Origin: Abditibacteriaceae bacterium
GTDB lineage: Bacteria; Armatimonadota; Abditibacteriia; Abditibacteriales; Abditibacteriaceae
Direction: 5' to 3'
NCBI GenBank assembly: GCA_031425655.1
Contig: JANPJS010000170.1
Span: forward strand, 1-16,920
DNA length: 16,920 nt
Of this stretch, positions 7,290 to 16,920 are shown piece after piece. The first letter of the stretch is position 1; every line of letters starts with the position of its first letter. The position numbers and the translations under genes were made by a program. The notes beneath the pieces are model-generated. The model did no database searches, was not told the DNA's origin, and worked only from the letters and a program-made list of their open reading frames with translations.

Positions 7290-9157
7290 AGCGAAACAAG
7301 AAGAAAATCCAGCCTCCGCGCGGCGTTTTTCCTTCTTTCCTCAAGAAATTGCTGTTTCCGGCCTTACTTGTTGCCATCGTGACGCTGGTTTTTCACGAAG
7401 TCTGGCAGCATCCGTTTGTGCCTTACGACGATCAGATTCTGGTCTACGAAAACCCTCATTACTTGCAGAAAAACGGGCCGGACATCGCCTATTTTTGGGA
7501 TCATCCGCACGAGAAACTTTATATGCCCCTGACTTATTCAGTCTGGGGAATTTTAGCCGGAGTTTCTCACTTGGAAACGCCGATTGAGTTGGGAAACGAC
7601 AAGCGAATTCCGTTTTCGGCGCAGCCTTTTCATCTCCTAAACTTGTTTCTTCACCTCATAAATACCGTGTTGGTCTTCGGCATCGTGCGGCGTTTTATAG
7701 CCGCCGACTGGCCTGCGTTCGTCGGCGCCTTAATTTTCGGCATTCATCCTTTGCAAGTCGAATCCGTCGCTTGGATTTCAGAACTCAAAGGCGTGATGAG
7801 CGGCTTTTTCGCCCTTCTCTGCCTGTATTCCTATACGCATCATGCCGACGCCGAGCGTTGGCCTTCGCGGAGACGACAGTTCCTCTTTTTGCTGCTCTCG
7901 TTGTTGTTTTTTGGCCTCGCCTTATTGTGCAAACCATCGGCGGCGGCGCTGCCCTTTGTGTTATCGGCGTTGGAATTGGGCTTGTTCCGGCGCGAACGCC
8001 TCCGCGTCGTGCTTTCCCTCGTGCCGTTTTTCTTAATCGCCGGTTTTTGGGCCATCCTTACGCGCTGGGCACAGCCGTGGCAGCCGGAAATTCCACTTGT
8101 GCCGCTCTGGACGCGCCCGTTTATCGCCGCCGACGCGATTGCTTTTTACATGGGCCATTTTGCGTGGCCTTTGCAGCTTGGCATCAATTACGGACGCCGG
8201 CCCGATTTGGTATTACAGCACTGGTGGGCGTTCGTCGCGTGGATTCCCATTGCCGGCGTCGTCTGGCTTTGTCATCGAAGTCGAAAGAGCGAGCCGAAGA
8301 CGGCCTTGTGGTTATTTATCGCGCCGCTGATTCCGGTGCTGGGATTTCTGCCCTTCGTTTTTCAAACCCATTCCACGGTCGCAGATCGCTACGTTTATTT
8401 ATCTTTGTTAGGCGCCGCCTTAGCGACCGCCTGGCTGTTGACGCGTTTTCCAACGCGAATTTTAACGATTGGCGTTGTCGCATGGCTGATGTGGCTCGGT
8501 TTTCTCAGCGGACGGCAAATTTCGACTTGGAACTCGCCTAAAAATTTATTTACGCAGGCTCTTACCGTAAATCCCAATGATGCCCAATCGCACGCTGGTT
8601 TAGCCGAAGTTTTGGTTCGAGACGGCCAGTTGACATCAGCGATTTACCATTTGGAACAAGCCGTGCTTTTGAAGCCCGACGATTATACGATGTATGCCAA
8701 CTTGGGCGATGCCTACTTGCAAGACGGGCAAATGACTGAAGCGCTCGCCACTTTTCGCAAAGCGATTCACTTGAAACCGGATTCCGCGAAATCGCACTAC
8801 AACCTGGCTAACGTGCTGGCTCGAATGGGGCGATTGCCTGAATCTTCGCAACATTACACGATTTGCCTGCGCCTCAATCCCCAATTAGTCGAAGCTTATA
8901 ATAATGCGGCGATTACTTTAGCGCGGCAGGGAAAGTTGAGCGAAGCCATCGCGCTGTGGTATCGAGGTTTGAATCTGTGCCCAAATAATCCCGAAGCGCA
9001 TTTCAATTTGGCCAACACCCTGATGAAAGCGGCACGATCCCAAGAAGCGATTCCTCATTACCAGGAAGTCTTGCGCTTAGCTCCGAATTTCCCGCCCGCG
9101 CGTCCGGCTCTCGAAAAAGCAATGAATCAGGCCGCGAGCAAAGCTTCACTGCGTTAA
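7286..9157 (+). CDS. TMTC-like (GT-C fold) membrane glycosyltransferase with C-terminal TPR repeats
   Basis: About 10 TM segments with PYDD, YMPLT, HPLQVESVAWISE, LLCKPSA and ADRYVYL, followed by about 6 TPRs (e.g. YANLGDAY, HYNLANVL, YNNAAITL, HFNLANTL). Start is either TTG 7286 (TTGA overlap with the gdhA stop) or GTG 7277. Confidence 0.85.
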   Translation: MKRNKKKIQPPRGVFPSFLKKLLFPALLVAIVTLVFHEVWQHPFVPYDDQILVYENPHYLQKNGPDIAYFWDHPHEKLYMPLTYSVWGILAGVSHLETPIELGNDKRIPFSAQPFHLLNLFLHLINTVLVFGIVRRFIAADWPAFVGALIFGIHPLQVESVAWISELKGVMSGFFALLCLYSYTHHADAERWPSRRRQFLFLLLSLLFFGLALLCKPSAAALPFVLSALELGLFRRERLRVVLSLVPFFLIAGFWAILTRWAQPWQPEIPLVPLWTRPFIAADAIAFYMGHFAWPLQLGINYGRRPDLVLQHWWAFVAWIPIAGVVWLCHRSRKSEPKTALWLFIAPLIPVLGFLPFVFQTHSTVADRYVYLSLLGAALATAWLLTRFPTRILTIGVVAWLMWLGFLSGRQISTWNSPKNLFTQALTVNPNDAQSHAGLAEVLVRDGQLTSAIYHLEQAVLLKPDDYTMYANLGDAYLQDGQMTEALATFRKAIHLKPDSAKSHYNLANVLARMGRLPESSQHYTICLRLNPQLVEAYNNAAITLARQGKLSEAIALWYRGLNLCPNNPEAHFNLANTLMKAARSQEAIPHYQEVLRLAPNFPPARPALEKAMNQAASKASLR

Positions 9158-9160
9158 ACG

Positions 9161-9203
9161 AAGAAAAGCGGCCCGACGGATTATCCGCCAAGCCGCTTTT
9201 CTT
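9161..9203. terminator. Bidirectional terminator between the convergent TPR and hsp20 genes
   Basis: AAGAAAAGCGGC (9161-9172) / GCCGCTTTTCTT (9192-9203), with an imperfect inner stem and T-rich tails on both strands. Confidence 0.8.
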
Positions 9204-9218
9204 GCCTGAGCCTTACGA

Positions 9219-9710
9219 CTACGCTTTTTCGCCGGGTTGCGTGCCGGCGCCGGCTTCGATCATTTTCGGCTGGCTTTTGCCAACTGTTAACTCGATGCGG
9301 CGTGGCTGTGCCGAAGCCGCTTTCGGGACGATGATCTCAAGAACGCCGTTGTTATAATGCGCTTCGATTTTCTCAGTGTCCGCCGTTTGCGGCAAGGTCA
9401 CGGTGCGGCTGAAGCTGCCATATTGCTGCTCGATCCACACATAATTGTCCTTCTCAACCTTTTCTTCAAAGCGCCGCTGCGCCGAAACCGTAATTGTGTG
9501 ATCTTCGACATGGACATTGACATCATCAGGATTCACACCCGGCAGCGAGGCGCGCAGTTTCAACGCATCCGCCGTTTCGATGACATCCATGGGCAATAGC
9601 CACGTTTGCCGCTCCCCGCTCAAACCATTTTCCGACCGCGCAAAAAGGCGGTTCATATCCTCCTGCAACGATTGCAGTTCCCGGAAGGGATTCCAACGCA
9701 CAACAGACAT
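9219..9710 (-). CDS. Small heat-shock protein (Hsp20/alpha-crystallin family)
   Basis: Motifs RWNPFREL, PMDVIET, LPGV, YGSFSRTVTLP and AHYNNGVLEIIVPK. ATG at 9710 is preceded by a GAGGTG SD. Confidence 0.95.
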   Translation of the reverse strand: MSVVRWNPFRELQSLQEDMNRLFARSENGLSGERQTWLLPMDVIETADALKLRASLPGVNPDDVNVHVEDHTITVSAQRRFEEKVEKDNYVWIEQQYGSFSRTVTLPQTADTEKIEAHYNNGVLEIIVPKAASAQPRRIELTVGKSQPKMIEAGAGTQPGEKA

Positions 9711-9814
9711 GATATTCACCTCTTCAAAGATTTGTTTTGAAACGATATTTCATCGCCTCAATCAAAACGAAAAACGCAAATCTAATTTCGTGGTTCCAAA
9801 AAATTTTAATGTTT

Positions 9815-9835
9815 CTTGAGCGCAATACTATCAAG
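9815..9835. promoter_or_regulatory. HAIR-like (HspR) operator upstream of hsp20
   Basis: CTTGAGC-N7-TATCAAG versus consensus CTTGAGT-N7-ACTCAAG (11/14 matches, correct spacing), about 105 nt upstream of a heat-shock gene. Confidence 0.55.
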
Positions 9836-10646
9836 GCAAAAGCCGCCGCTGACGCACCGCTTCATAAAGCAAAACTCCGGCGGCGACGGTGACATTCAAC
9901 GATGAGGCGCCGTTTGGAGCCATCGGTAGCGCGACAAAGTCGCTGGCTGCTTCGCGCGCCGATTCGCTTAATCCTTCCGTTTCGTTGCCGACCAAAATCA
10001 TCAGCGGACGCCTTTGCAAATCAGCATCATAAGCCAGATTAGCGGCTTTAGCGGAGGTGGCCACGGTGTAAATATCGGCCAAAGCAAGACGTTTTAGCAG
10101 CGACGAGAAATCTTCGGAGATGCCAATCGGCAAGCGCAAAATTGAGCCGGTCGTCGAGCGCACAGCGGCGCGCTGCCACGGCTCGGCGCTATCGGATGAG
10201 AACAGAATCGCCGTGCATCCGGCAGCTTCGGCGGTGCGAATCAGAACGCCGACGTTGCGCGGGTCTTGAATGCGTTCGCACGCTAAAATCAACGCGTTTT
10301 GTTGCGGCGTCCACTCGTGCAGATTCAAAACGGTTTGCTCGACAATCGCCAACGCGGTGACGGCGGTTTCATAGCCTGTGCCAACTAATTTCGGCATCAA
10401 ACCGCCGCCCGCGACATAAAGCGGAATTTCGCGCGCGGCGCACTCATCACGAAAAACGGGCGCCGCGTCGGGTGTGGCGTAAAGCGCATGAACCGGCGAC
10501 GGCGAAGCCAGCGCCTGTCGCACCAGATTTTCGCCTTCGACCAAGTATTTGCCGCTTGCGGCGCGTCCGGCGGGTTTCAACAGCTCGGCGGCGGCTTTAT
10601 AAGCTTCGTCTTTGATGCCGTTTAAAAGTTGCATGGTGGTTTTCAA
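9831..10646 (-). CDS. TrmH/SpoU family RNA 2'-O-methyltransferase
   Basis: SPOUT motifs IQDPRNVGVLIRTAEAAG, LVGNETEGLS and SSLNVTVAAGVLLYE, plus N-terminal YLVEG. Start is TTG 10646 or ATG 10634. Confidence 0.93.
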   Translation of the reverse strand: MKTTMQLLNGIKDEAYKAAAELLKPAGRAASGKYLVEGENLVRQALASPSPVHALYATPDAAPVFRDECAAREIPLYVAGGGLMPKLVGTGYETAVTALAIVEQTVLNLHEWTPQQNALILACERIQDPRNVGVLIRTAEAAGCTAILFSSDSAEPWQRAAVRSTTGSILRLPIGISEDFSSLLKRLALADIYTVATSAKAANLAYDADLQRRPLMILVGNETEGLSESAREAASDFVALPMAPNGASSLNVTVAAGVLLYEAVRQRRLLP

Positions 10647-10655
10647 AAGGCGATT

Positions 10656-10758
10656 TTAAACACAAAGACGCAAAGACACAAAGATTTTCAAGGTTCTTCA
10701 AGAAAAAATGCCTTGAAGTCCCTTGTTTTTATTTGTGTCTTTGCGTCTTTGTGTTTAA
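10656..10758. repeat. Palindromic element with perfect 27-bp arms and a 9-nt periodic core, related to 3928-4066
   Basis: TTAAACACAAAGACGCAAAGACACAAA (10656-10682) is the exact reverse complement of 10732-10758. Confidence 0.9.
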
Positions 10759-10760
10759 TG

Positions 10761-10797
10761 ACAAAAGCCCCGACTCCTGCGAGTCGGGGCTTTTTGT
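10761..10797. terminator. Rho-independent terminator downstream of cysN, potentially bidirectional
   Basis: AAAAGCCCCGACTC-ctgc-GAGTCGGGGCTTTTT, 12 nt beyond the cysN stop. Confidence 0.88.
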
Positions 10798-10808
10798 TGG
10801 CGAGCATT

Positions 10809-12092
<1,284 letters not shown>

Positions 12093-12106
12093 AACGATGA
12101 GGAAAA

Positions 12107-12222
12107 GGATGAGGGATGAAGGATGAGGGATGAACGAAGCGCCTGCGGCGCGCAATCCGAGGCGCGAAGCGCCCATTCATCTCCTGCCCAGAGGGCGCCC
12201 GGCCTTCATCCCTCATCCCTCA
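12107..12222. repeat. Inverted heptamer-repeat element (GGATGAG/GGATGAA) between cysD and cysN, interrupted by the 20-nt motif
   Basis: Four heptamers at 12107-12134 and inverted TTCATCT/TTCATCC/CTCATCC/CTCA units at 12176-12222. CCTGCCCAGAGGGCGCCCGG lies at 12183-12202. A GGCGC-GAA-GCGCC hairpin lies at 12161-12173. Confidence 0.85.
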
Positions 12223-13116
12223 AAAGTATCCGGCTTTTTTGCGGTCTTCCATCGCGGCTTCGGAGCGCTTGTCGTCGGCGCGTGTGCCGCGCTCCGTTGT
12301 GCGCGAGGCTGCGACTTCGGAAATGATGTCTTCGAGCGAATTGGCCGGCGATTCGACGGCGCCGGTGCAAGTCGCGTCGCCGATAGTGCGAAAACGAACC
12401 CAGCGATCCGTCAGCTTTTCGTGGGCGCGTGGCACAAGAAATTCGGTTTGTGCGAGCAGCATTCCGTCGCGCTCGAACACCGAACGCTCGTGCGTGAAAT
12501 ACAAACTCGGCAGGTGAATGTTTTCCTGCATGATGTATTGCCACACGTCCATTTCCGTCCAGTTGGAAATCGGAAACACGCGAAAATGCTCGCCGACGGC
12601 TTTGCGGCCATTGAACAAATTCCACAGTTCGGGGCGCTGATTTTTTGGATCCCACTGCGAAAATTCGTCGCGGTGCGAGAAAAAGCGCTCTTTGGCGCGG
12701 GCTTTTTCCTCGTCGCGCCGCGCGCCGCCGATGGCGCAGTCGAATTTTAGTTCTTCGAGAGCATCTACAAGCGTCACGGTTTGCAGCGCGTTGCGGCTGG
12801 CGTTCGGGCCTTTTTCTTCAGCTACGCGGCCTTGATTGATCGAATCCTGCACCGAGCGCACAATCAGCTTGGCATCGAGGTGAGTAATCCATTCATCGCG
12901 GTAGGAAATCGTTTCGTGGAAGTTGTGCCCGGTGTCAATGTGCATCAACGGAAACGGGATTTTCGCCGGCCAAAAGGCCTTGCGCGCCAGATGCGAGACC
13001 AAGATCGAATCTTTGCCGCCCGAAAACAGCAAAACGGGCCGCTCAAATTGCGCGGCGACCTCGCGCAGGACGAAAATGCTTTCGCTTTCAAGTTCTTTTA
13101 AATGAGAGAGTTTCAT
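12220..13116 (-). CDS. cysD: Sulfate adenylyltransferase subunit 2
   Basis: Motifs LESESIFVLREV, LLFSGGKDS, GGARRDEEKARAKERFFS, WDPKNQRPELW, RFRTIGD and MEDRKKAGYF. Confidence 0.97.
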   Translation of the reverse strand: MKLSHLKELESESIFVLREVAAQFERPVLLFSGGKDSILVSHLARKAFWPAKIPFPLMHIDTGHNFHETISYRDEWITHLDAKLIVRSVQDSINQGRVAEEKGPNASRNALQTVTLVDALEELKFDCAIGGARRDEEKARAKERFFSHRDEFSQWDPKNQRPELWNLFNGRKAVGEHFRVFPISNWTEMDVWQYIMQENIHLPSLYFTHERSVFERDGMLLAQTEFLVPRAHEKLTDRWVRFRTIGDATCTGAVESPANSLEDIISEVAASRTTERGTRADDKRSEAAMEDRKKAGYF

Positions 13117-13237
13117 GCAACAAAAGGCCGCACAAGCCGTTATTTGGGCCTGCGGCGAGGTTATTCCACCTGCGAGGTAGAATTAAGGAACTCCATAGTT
13201 TTTACAATAAGGCCGGGCTGTGAACAAGACTGGGCAC

Positions 13238-13385
13238 ACCACCCCATCCCCGGCCCTTCCCCTTGAAACGGCGAAGGGGAAGGGAGTTCTGGCCCTTCTG
13301 CTTTGGGAAAACCATCGCTTTTCTCAAAGCAAAATCGGTCGTCCTCCCTTCCCCTTCACCGTTCGGGCGCCCTCTGGGCAGGGGG
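13238..13385. repeat. REP-like nested palindrome (CCCCGGCCCTTCCCC…GGGGAAGGGAG class) whose right arm ends in the 20-nt motif
   Basis: CCCTTCCCCTT/AAGGGGAAGGG hairpin at 13254-13284. Arms of 19/20 identity at 13267-13286 / 13344-13363. Inner 12/13 stem at 13299-13331. CGGGCGCCCTCTGGGCAGG lies at 13364-13382. Confidence 0.85.
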
Positions 13386-13393
13386 TTCGCCGT

Positions 13394-13399
13394 TATACT
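13394..13399 (+). promoter_or_regulatory. -10 box TATACT of the ABC transporter genes, probably leaderless
   Basis: TATACT, 7 nt, then in-frame GTG 13407, which begins a lipoprotein signal peptide. No SD is present. Confidence 0.55.
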
Positions 13400-13406
13400 C
13401 TGGCGC

Positions 13407-15098
13407 GTGCAACGCTTCAAATTGCCTCGAATTTTGCTTTGTGTCGGCCTGTTTTGGCTCGCTGGCTGTGCCCGTCAAGGTCACGAAGCCGGCGTTCTGC
13501 ACGTCGCGGTCGAAGCTGATCCTCCGACTCTCGATCCCGCCAAATCTTACGACTCATCTTCGATTCCCTTCGTGCGCGTGCTTTATCGCGGTTTGGTGGA
13601 TTACGACGACAATGCCGGCATCGTGGATGCCGTGGCGCACAGCCACATGGTCTCGTCGGACGGCAAAACTTACTGGTTTAAATTGCGCCGTGATGCACGG
13701 TTTCACCACGACGAGAAAACCGGCACCGCGCCGGGCCGTCGCGTGACCTCCAACGATTTTCGCTTCGCTTTAGAGCGCGTTCTCGACCCTGAAACCGCGT
13801 CCGACGGCCTCGCCCTGCCCGGCTATTTGGCGATTCGCGGCGCGAAAGAATTTTCCGAAGCGTGCGGAAAATTCGCGGAGCAATTGGCGAATCAGAAGCT
13901 GCTTCCCGCGCAACAGGCCGATTTGCGACGACAGCGTGCGGCGCTTCACGTTGAAGGCATCGAAGTGCGCGGCGATGACGAAATCATCTTTCATCTTGAG
14001 GACGCCGACGCCACTTTTCTCAACTATCTGACGCTGCCGTTCGCTTACGCCGTTCCGCCCGAAAGTGTGGCGCGTTGGGGCAAAAGTTTCAGCGAGCATC
14101 CCAATGGCTGCGGGCCGTTTATCTTGGAGGAATGGGTGCATGACGGCTGGCTGCGCTTGAAAAAAAATCCGCATTATTACGACCGGAATCTGCCGCGCTG
14201 TGAGCGCGTGAACGTGCAAATGGGCAACAAGACCACGCTGCAAATCATGCGCTTCGAGCGCGGCGAAATTGACCTTTTGGACATGACTTCGGCCTTCCCG
14301 CCCGATTTCCTGCGCTTGCGCGACGAACCTCAATGGAAACCTTACGTTCAACACGGGCCGATGATGGATATTCGCTACGTTGCGCTTAATTGCGAATTGC
14401 CGCCGTTTAACGATGTGCGTGTGCGCCGCGCCGTCAATTATGCCGTCAATCGGCAGCGCATTACCTCGTTTCTCGCGGGGCGCGCGACGGTCGCGCGCGG
14501 CGCTTTGCCGCCGGGAATGCCGAGCTACAATCCGAAACTGTTTCAATATGCTCACGACCCGGCCAAAGCGCGCGAATTGCTCAAACAGGCCGGTTACAAA
14601 GATAAGCCGATGACGTTTTGGTATTCGACGCGCGAAGGCTGGTATGAAAAAGCGGCGCAGAGCATCAAGCAGGATTTGGCCGCAGTCGGCATGACGATCA
14701 ATCTCAAAGCCGTGAGTTACGGCGATTTGAAGGCGCAGGCTGGCAAGCGCAAAAACGTGCAATTGGCCATGATGGGCTGGTATCAAGACTTCCCTGACCC
14801 GTCGAATTTCTTAGACGTGCTGTTCAACACTAAAGCGATTACCGAAGTCGCCAGTCAGAACCGCGCTTTTTACTCGAATCGTCGCAACGATGCGCTGCTC
14901 GACAAAGCGCGCGTCGAAATCAACCGCGAAAAGCGCCTGCAAATGTATCGTGATGCCGAAAAAATCATCGTAGACGACGCGCCGTGGCTTTTTTTGCACC
15001 ACACCGAGCGCTATTTAGTCTCGCAGCCGTGGATTAAGGGCTACAAAATTCATCCGATGTGGTCGGAGCGTTACGAATTCGTCGAGGTGAAACGGTGA
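13407..15098 (+). CDS. ABC transporter substrate-binding lipoprotein, family 5 (OppA/DppA-like)
   Basis: Signal ending in lipobox LAG-C. Motifs DPPTLDPA, SDGKTYWFKLR, PNGCGPF, PFNDVRVRRAVNYAVNR and GWYQDFPDP. The ORF-track start at 13263 lies inside the repeat. Confidence 0.93.
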   Translation: MQRFKLPRILLCVGLFWLAGCARQGHEAGVLHVAVEADPPTLDPAKSYDSSSIPFVRVLYRGLVDYDDNAGIVDAVAHSHMVSSDGKTYWFKLRRDARFHHDEKTGTAPGRRVTSNDFRFALERVLDPETASDGLALPGYLAIRGAKEFSEACGKFAEQLANQKLLPAQQADLRRQRAALHVEGIEVRGDDEIIFHLEDADATFLNYLTLPFAYAVPPESVARWGKSFSEHPNGCGPFILEEWVHDGWLRLKKNPHYYDRNLPRCERVNVQMGNKTTLQIMRFERGEIDLLDMTSAFPPDFLRLRDEPQWKPYVQHGPMMDIRYVALNCELPPFNDVRVRRAVNYAVNRQRITSFLAGRATVARGALPPGMPSYNPKLFQYAHDPAKARELLKQAGYKDKPMTFWYSTREGWYEKAAQSIKQDLAAVGMTINLKAVSYGDLKAQAGKRKNVQLAMMGWYQDFPDPSNFLDVLFNTKAITEVASQNRAFYSNRRNDALLDKARVEINREKRLQMYRDAEKIIVDDAPWLFLHHTERYLVSQPWIKGYKIHPMWSERYEFVEVKR

Positions 15099-16126
15099 AA
15101 GGGTTGGCTAAACGCGCCGCGTGGGGCGTCGTCACTTTGTGGCTGGTGAGCCTGATAACTTTCGGCTTGCTCTTCGTGATTCCCCTTGTGCCCACGCTTT
15201 TTGCGCCCACAAAAACGCAAACCAGTTGGCCGGCGCGCGTGTCACTGGCTTTCCAGCGCAGCACGCAACTGATGTGGACGGAGCCGCCGCGCGAAGCCAC
15301 CGATGCGATGGCGATGACCATCGCCGGCGCGCATCATGACGAAAAAACCTTAGCCAACATCAAGCGCGACCGAGGACTCGACCAGCCTTTGCCGCGTCAA
15401 TACGCGCTTTTCGTGCGCGATGCGCTGACCAATAATTTGACTTCGTATCGCAACGGCGACATGGTGATGGCGGCCATCTGGCGGCGCTTCGGCAACACTT
15501 TTTTACTGGCCGCGACGGCCCTCAGCCTTTATCTCATCGTGGCGATTCCGCTCGGTCTGGCCACAGCGCGGCGTGCCGGCAGCGGCTTCGACCGCTCCAT
15601 GCTGCTGCTGAGCTTAATCGCGGTCAGCATTCCCACATTTTGGTTGGGACGATTGCTGCAATATTATCTGGGCTACAAAATGGGCGCCTTCAGCGTCGGA
15701 GGCGATGCGAATCTGGCGAATCTGCCGCTCCCGGCCCTGACGCTTGCGGTCGGCGGCGCGGCTTACTATTCGCGTCTGCTGCACGCCAATTTGCGCGGCG
15801 TGCTTTCGCAGGATTACATCCGCGCGGCGCGGGCACGCGGCATCGGCGAAGGCAAAGTGATGTGGCGTCACGCCCTGAAAAACGCACTAATCCCTCTCAT
15901 CGCCGTGCTGGGCATGGACTTCGCCTCGCTGCTCAGCGGCCTGATCTTTACGGAAAAAATCTTCGCGTGGCCCGGCATCGGCAGTCTCGCCATTGACTCA
16001 GTGCAGAATCAGGACACGCCGATGATAATGGGCACAGTTCTCTTCTCCGCACTTATGGTTGTTTTGGCCAACATTGCCGTTGACATCGCTTATCGCATCA
16101 TTGACCCGCGCGTGCGGGTTGACTGA
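15095..16126 (+). CDS. ABC transporter permease (OppB/DppB-like)
   Basis: GTGA overlap with the binding-protein stop. Motifs GLDQPLPRQY, SIPTFWLG, EAA loop DYIRAARARG…HALKNAL, FAWPGIG and IDPRVR. Confidence 0.93.
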   Translation: MKGLAKRAAWGVVTLWLVSLITFGLLFVIPLVPTLFAPTKTQTSWPARVSLAFQRSTQLMWTEPPREATDAMAMTIAGAHHDEKTLANIKRDRGLDQPLPRQYALFVRDALTNNLTSYRNGDMVMAAIWRRFGNTFLLAATALSLYLIVAIPLGLATARRAGSGFDRSMLLLSLIAVSIPTFWLGRLLQYYLGYKMGAFSVGGDANLANLPLPALTLAVGGAAYYSRLLHANLRGVLSQDYIRAARARGIGEGKVMWRHALKNALIPLIAVLGMDFASLLSGLIFTEKIFAWPGIGSLAIDSVQNQDTPMIMGTVLFSALMVVLANIAVDIAYRIIDPRVRVD

Positions 16127-16250
16127 TATATTTCCAAGCTGCTTGCTGCTGAACTTTAGGCTCCAATTAACGTAATATTTTGGGGTTAGCGACAAGTTAA
16201 ACCTGCCGCGTTGCGCCGCCTGATAGCCGACTTTGATTTACTAACAACGT

Positions 16251-16820
16251 ATGATTTTGATGATAGATAACTTCGATTCCTTCACTTACAATCTCGTGCA
16301 GTATTTGGGCGAGATGGGCGAGGAACTCGTCGTCAAGCGCAATGATGAGATTACGCTCGACGAAATCGCCGCGTTAAAACCCGATAAAATCATCATTTCG
16401 CCGGGGCCGTGTTCGCCGAACGAAGCCGGCGTTTCCGTTGCGACGATTCAACGATTCGCGGGCGAGATTCCGATTTTAGGCGTGTGTCTGGGCCATCAGG
16501 CCATCGGACAAGCGTTTGGCGGGCACATTGTGCGCGCCGACCGCTTGATGCACGGCAAAACCTCGCCGGTTGAGCACGATGGACGCGGCGTGTTTTCGGA
16601 TCTGCCCTCGCCCTTCGATGCCACGCGCTATCACTCGCTGCTCATCGAGCGCGCCACTTGCCCCGATTGTCTCGAAATTTCCGCCCAAACCGCCGAAGGC
16701 GAAATCATGGGCGTGCGCCACAAAGAATTGCCACTTGAAGGCGTGCAGTTTCATCCCGAAAGCATTCTGACCGGCGACAACGGCAAGCAGCTTCTTCGCA
16801 ATTTCGTGGAGCGATTTTAG
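16251..16820 (+). CDS. trpG: Anthranilate/aminodeoxychorismate synthase component II (glutamine amidotransferase)
   Basis: Motifs [36 protein letters not shown] and GVQFHPES. trpG and pabA cannot be distinguished from this sequence. Confidence 0.95.
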   Translation: MILMIDNFDSFTYNLVQYLGEMGEELVVKRNDEITLDEIAALKPDKIIISPGPCSPNEAGVSVATIQRFAGEIPILGVCLGHQAIGQAFGGHIVRADRLMHGKTSPVEHDGRGVFSDLPSPFDATRYHSLLIERATCPDCLEISAQTAEGEIMGVRHKELPLEGVQFHPESILTGDNGKQLLRNFVERF

Positions 16821-16920
16821 GAATGGAACACGGAGCTTCGCTCCACGGAAACGGCACGGATTTTCACGGATTTTTCTTTTGCATTTTGAACCCTCAAAAA
16901 TCCGTGCCGTTTCCGTGGAG
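16821..16920. repeat. Palindromic element (GGAACACGGAGCTTCGCT / CACGGA class), copy 2, truncated by the window edge
   Basis: GAATGGAACACGGAGCTTCGCT (16821-16842) is identical to 5893-5914. Perfect 24-bp arms at 16841-16864 / 16897-16920. Confidence 0.9.

Overview
This is a GC-rich bacterial chromosomal window with 13 plausible CDSs and no rRNA, tRNA, CRISPR array or transposase. In order: a secreted lipoprotein; a multi-pass membrane protein with a spermidine-synthase-like SAM-binding domain; a secreted DUF4412-like protein; a GNAT acetyltransferase; glutamate dehydrogenase; a TMTC-like membrane glycosyltransferase/TPR protein; Hsp20; a TrmH methyltransferase; cysN and cysD; an Opp/Dpp-type binding protein plus one permease; and trpG/pabA. 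The most unusual signal is non-coding. Most intergenic gaps hold a palindromic REP/MITE-like element, about six distinct sequence classes in all, often abutting or overlapping a stop codon. One ~20-nt motif, CCGGG(T/C)GCCCTC(T/A)GGGCAGG, recurs inside four unrelated palindromes, where it replaces or interrupts an arm. It is a candidate micro-element that parasitises other repeats, and one variant copy supplies a gene's stop codon. Also seen: four probable leaderless promoters and a HAIR-like operator upstream of hsp20. All family assignments come from motif recognition, not database searches.
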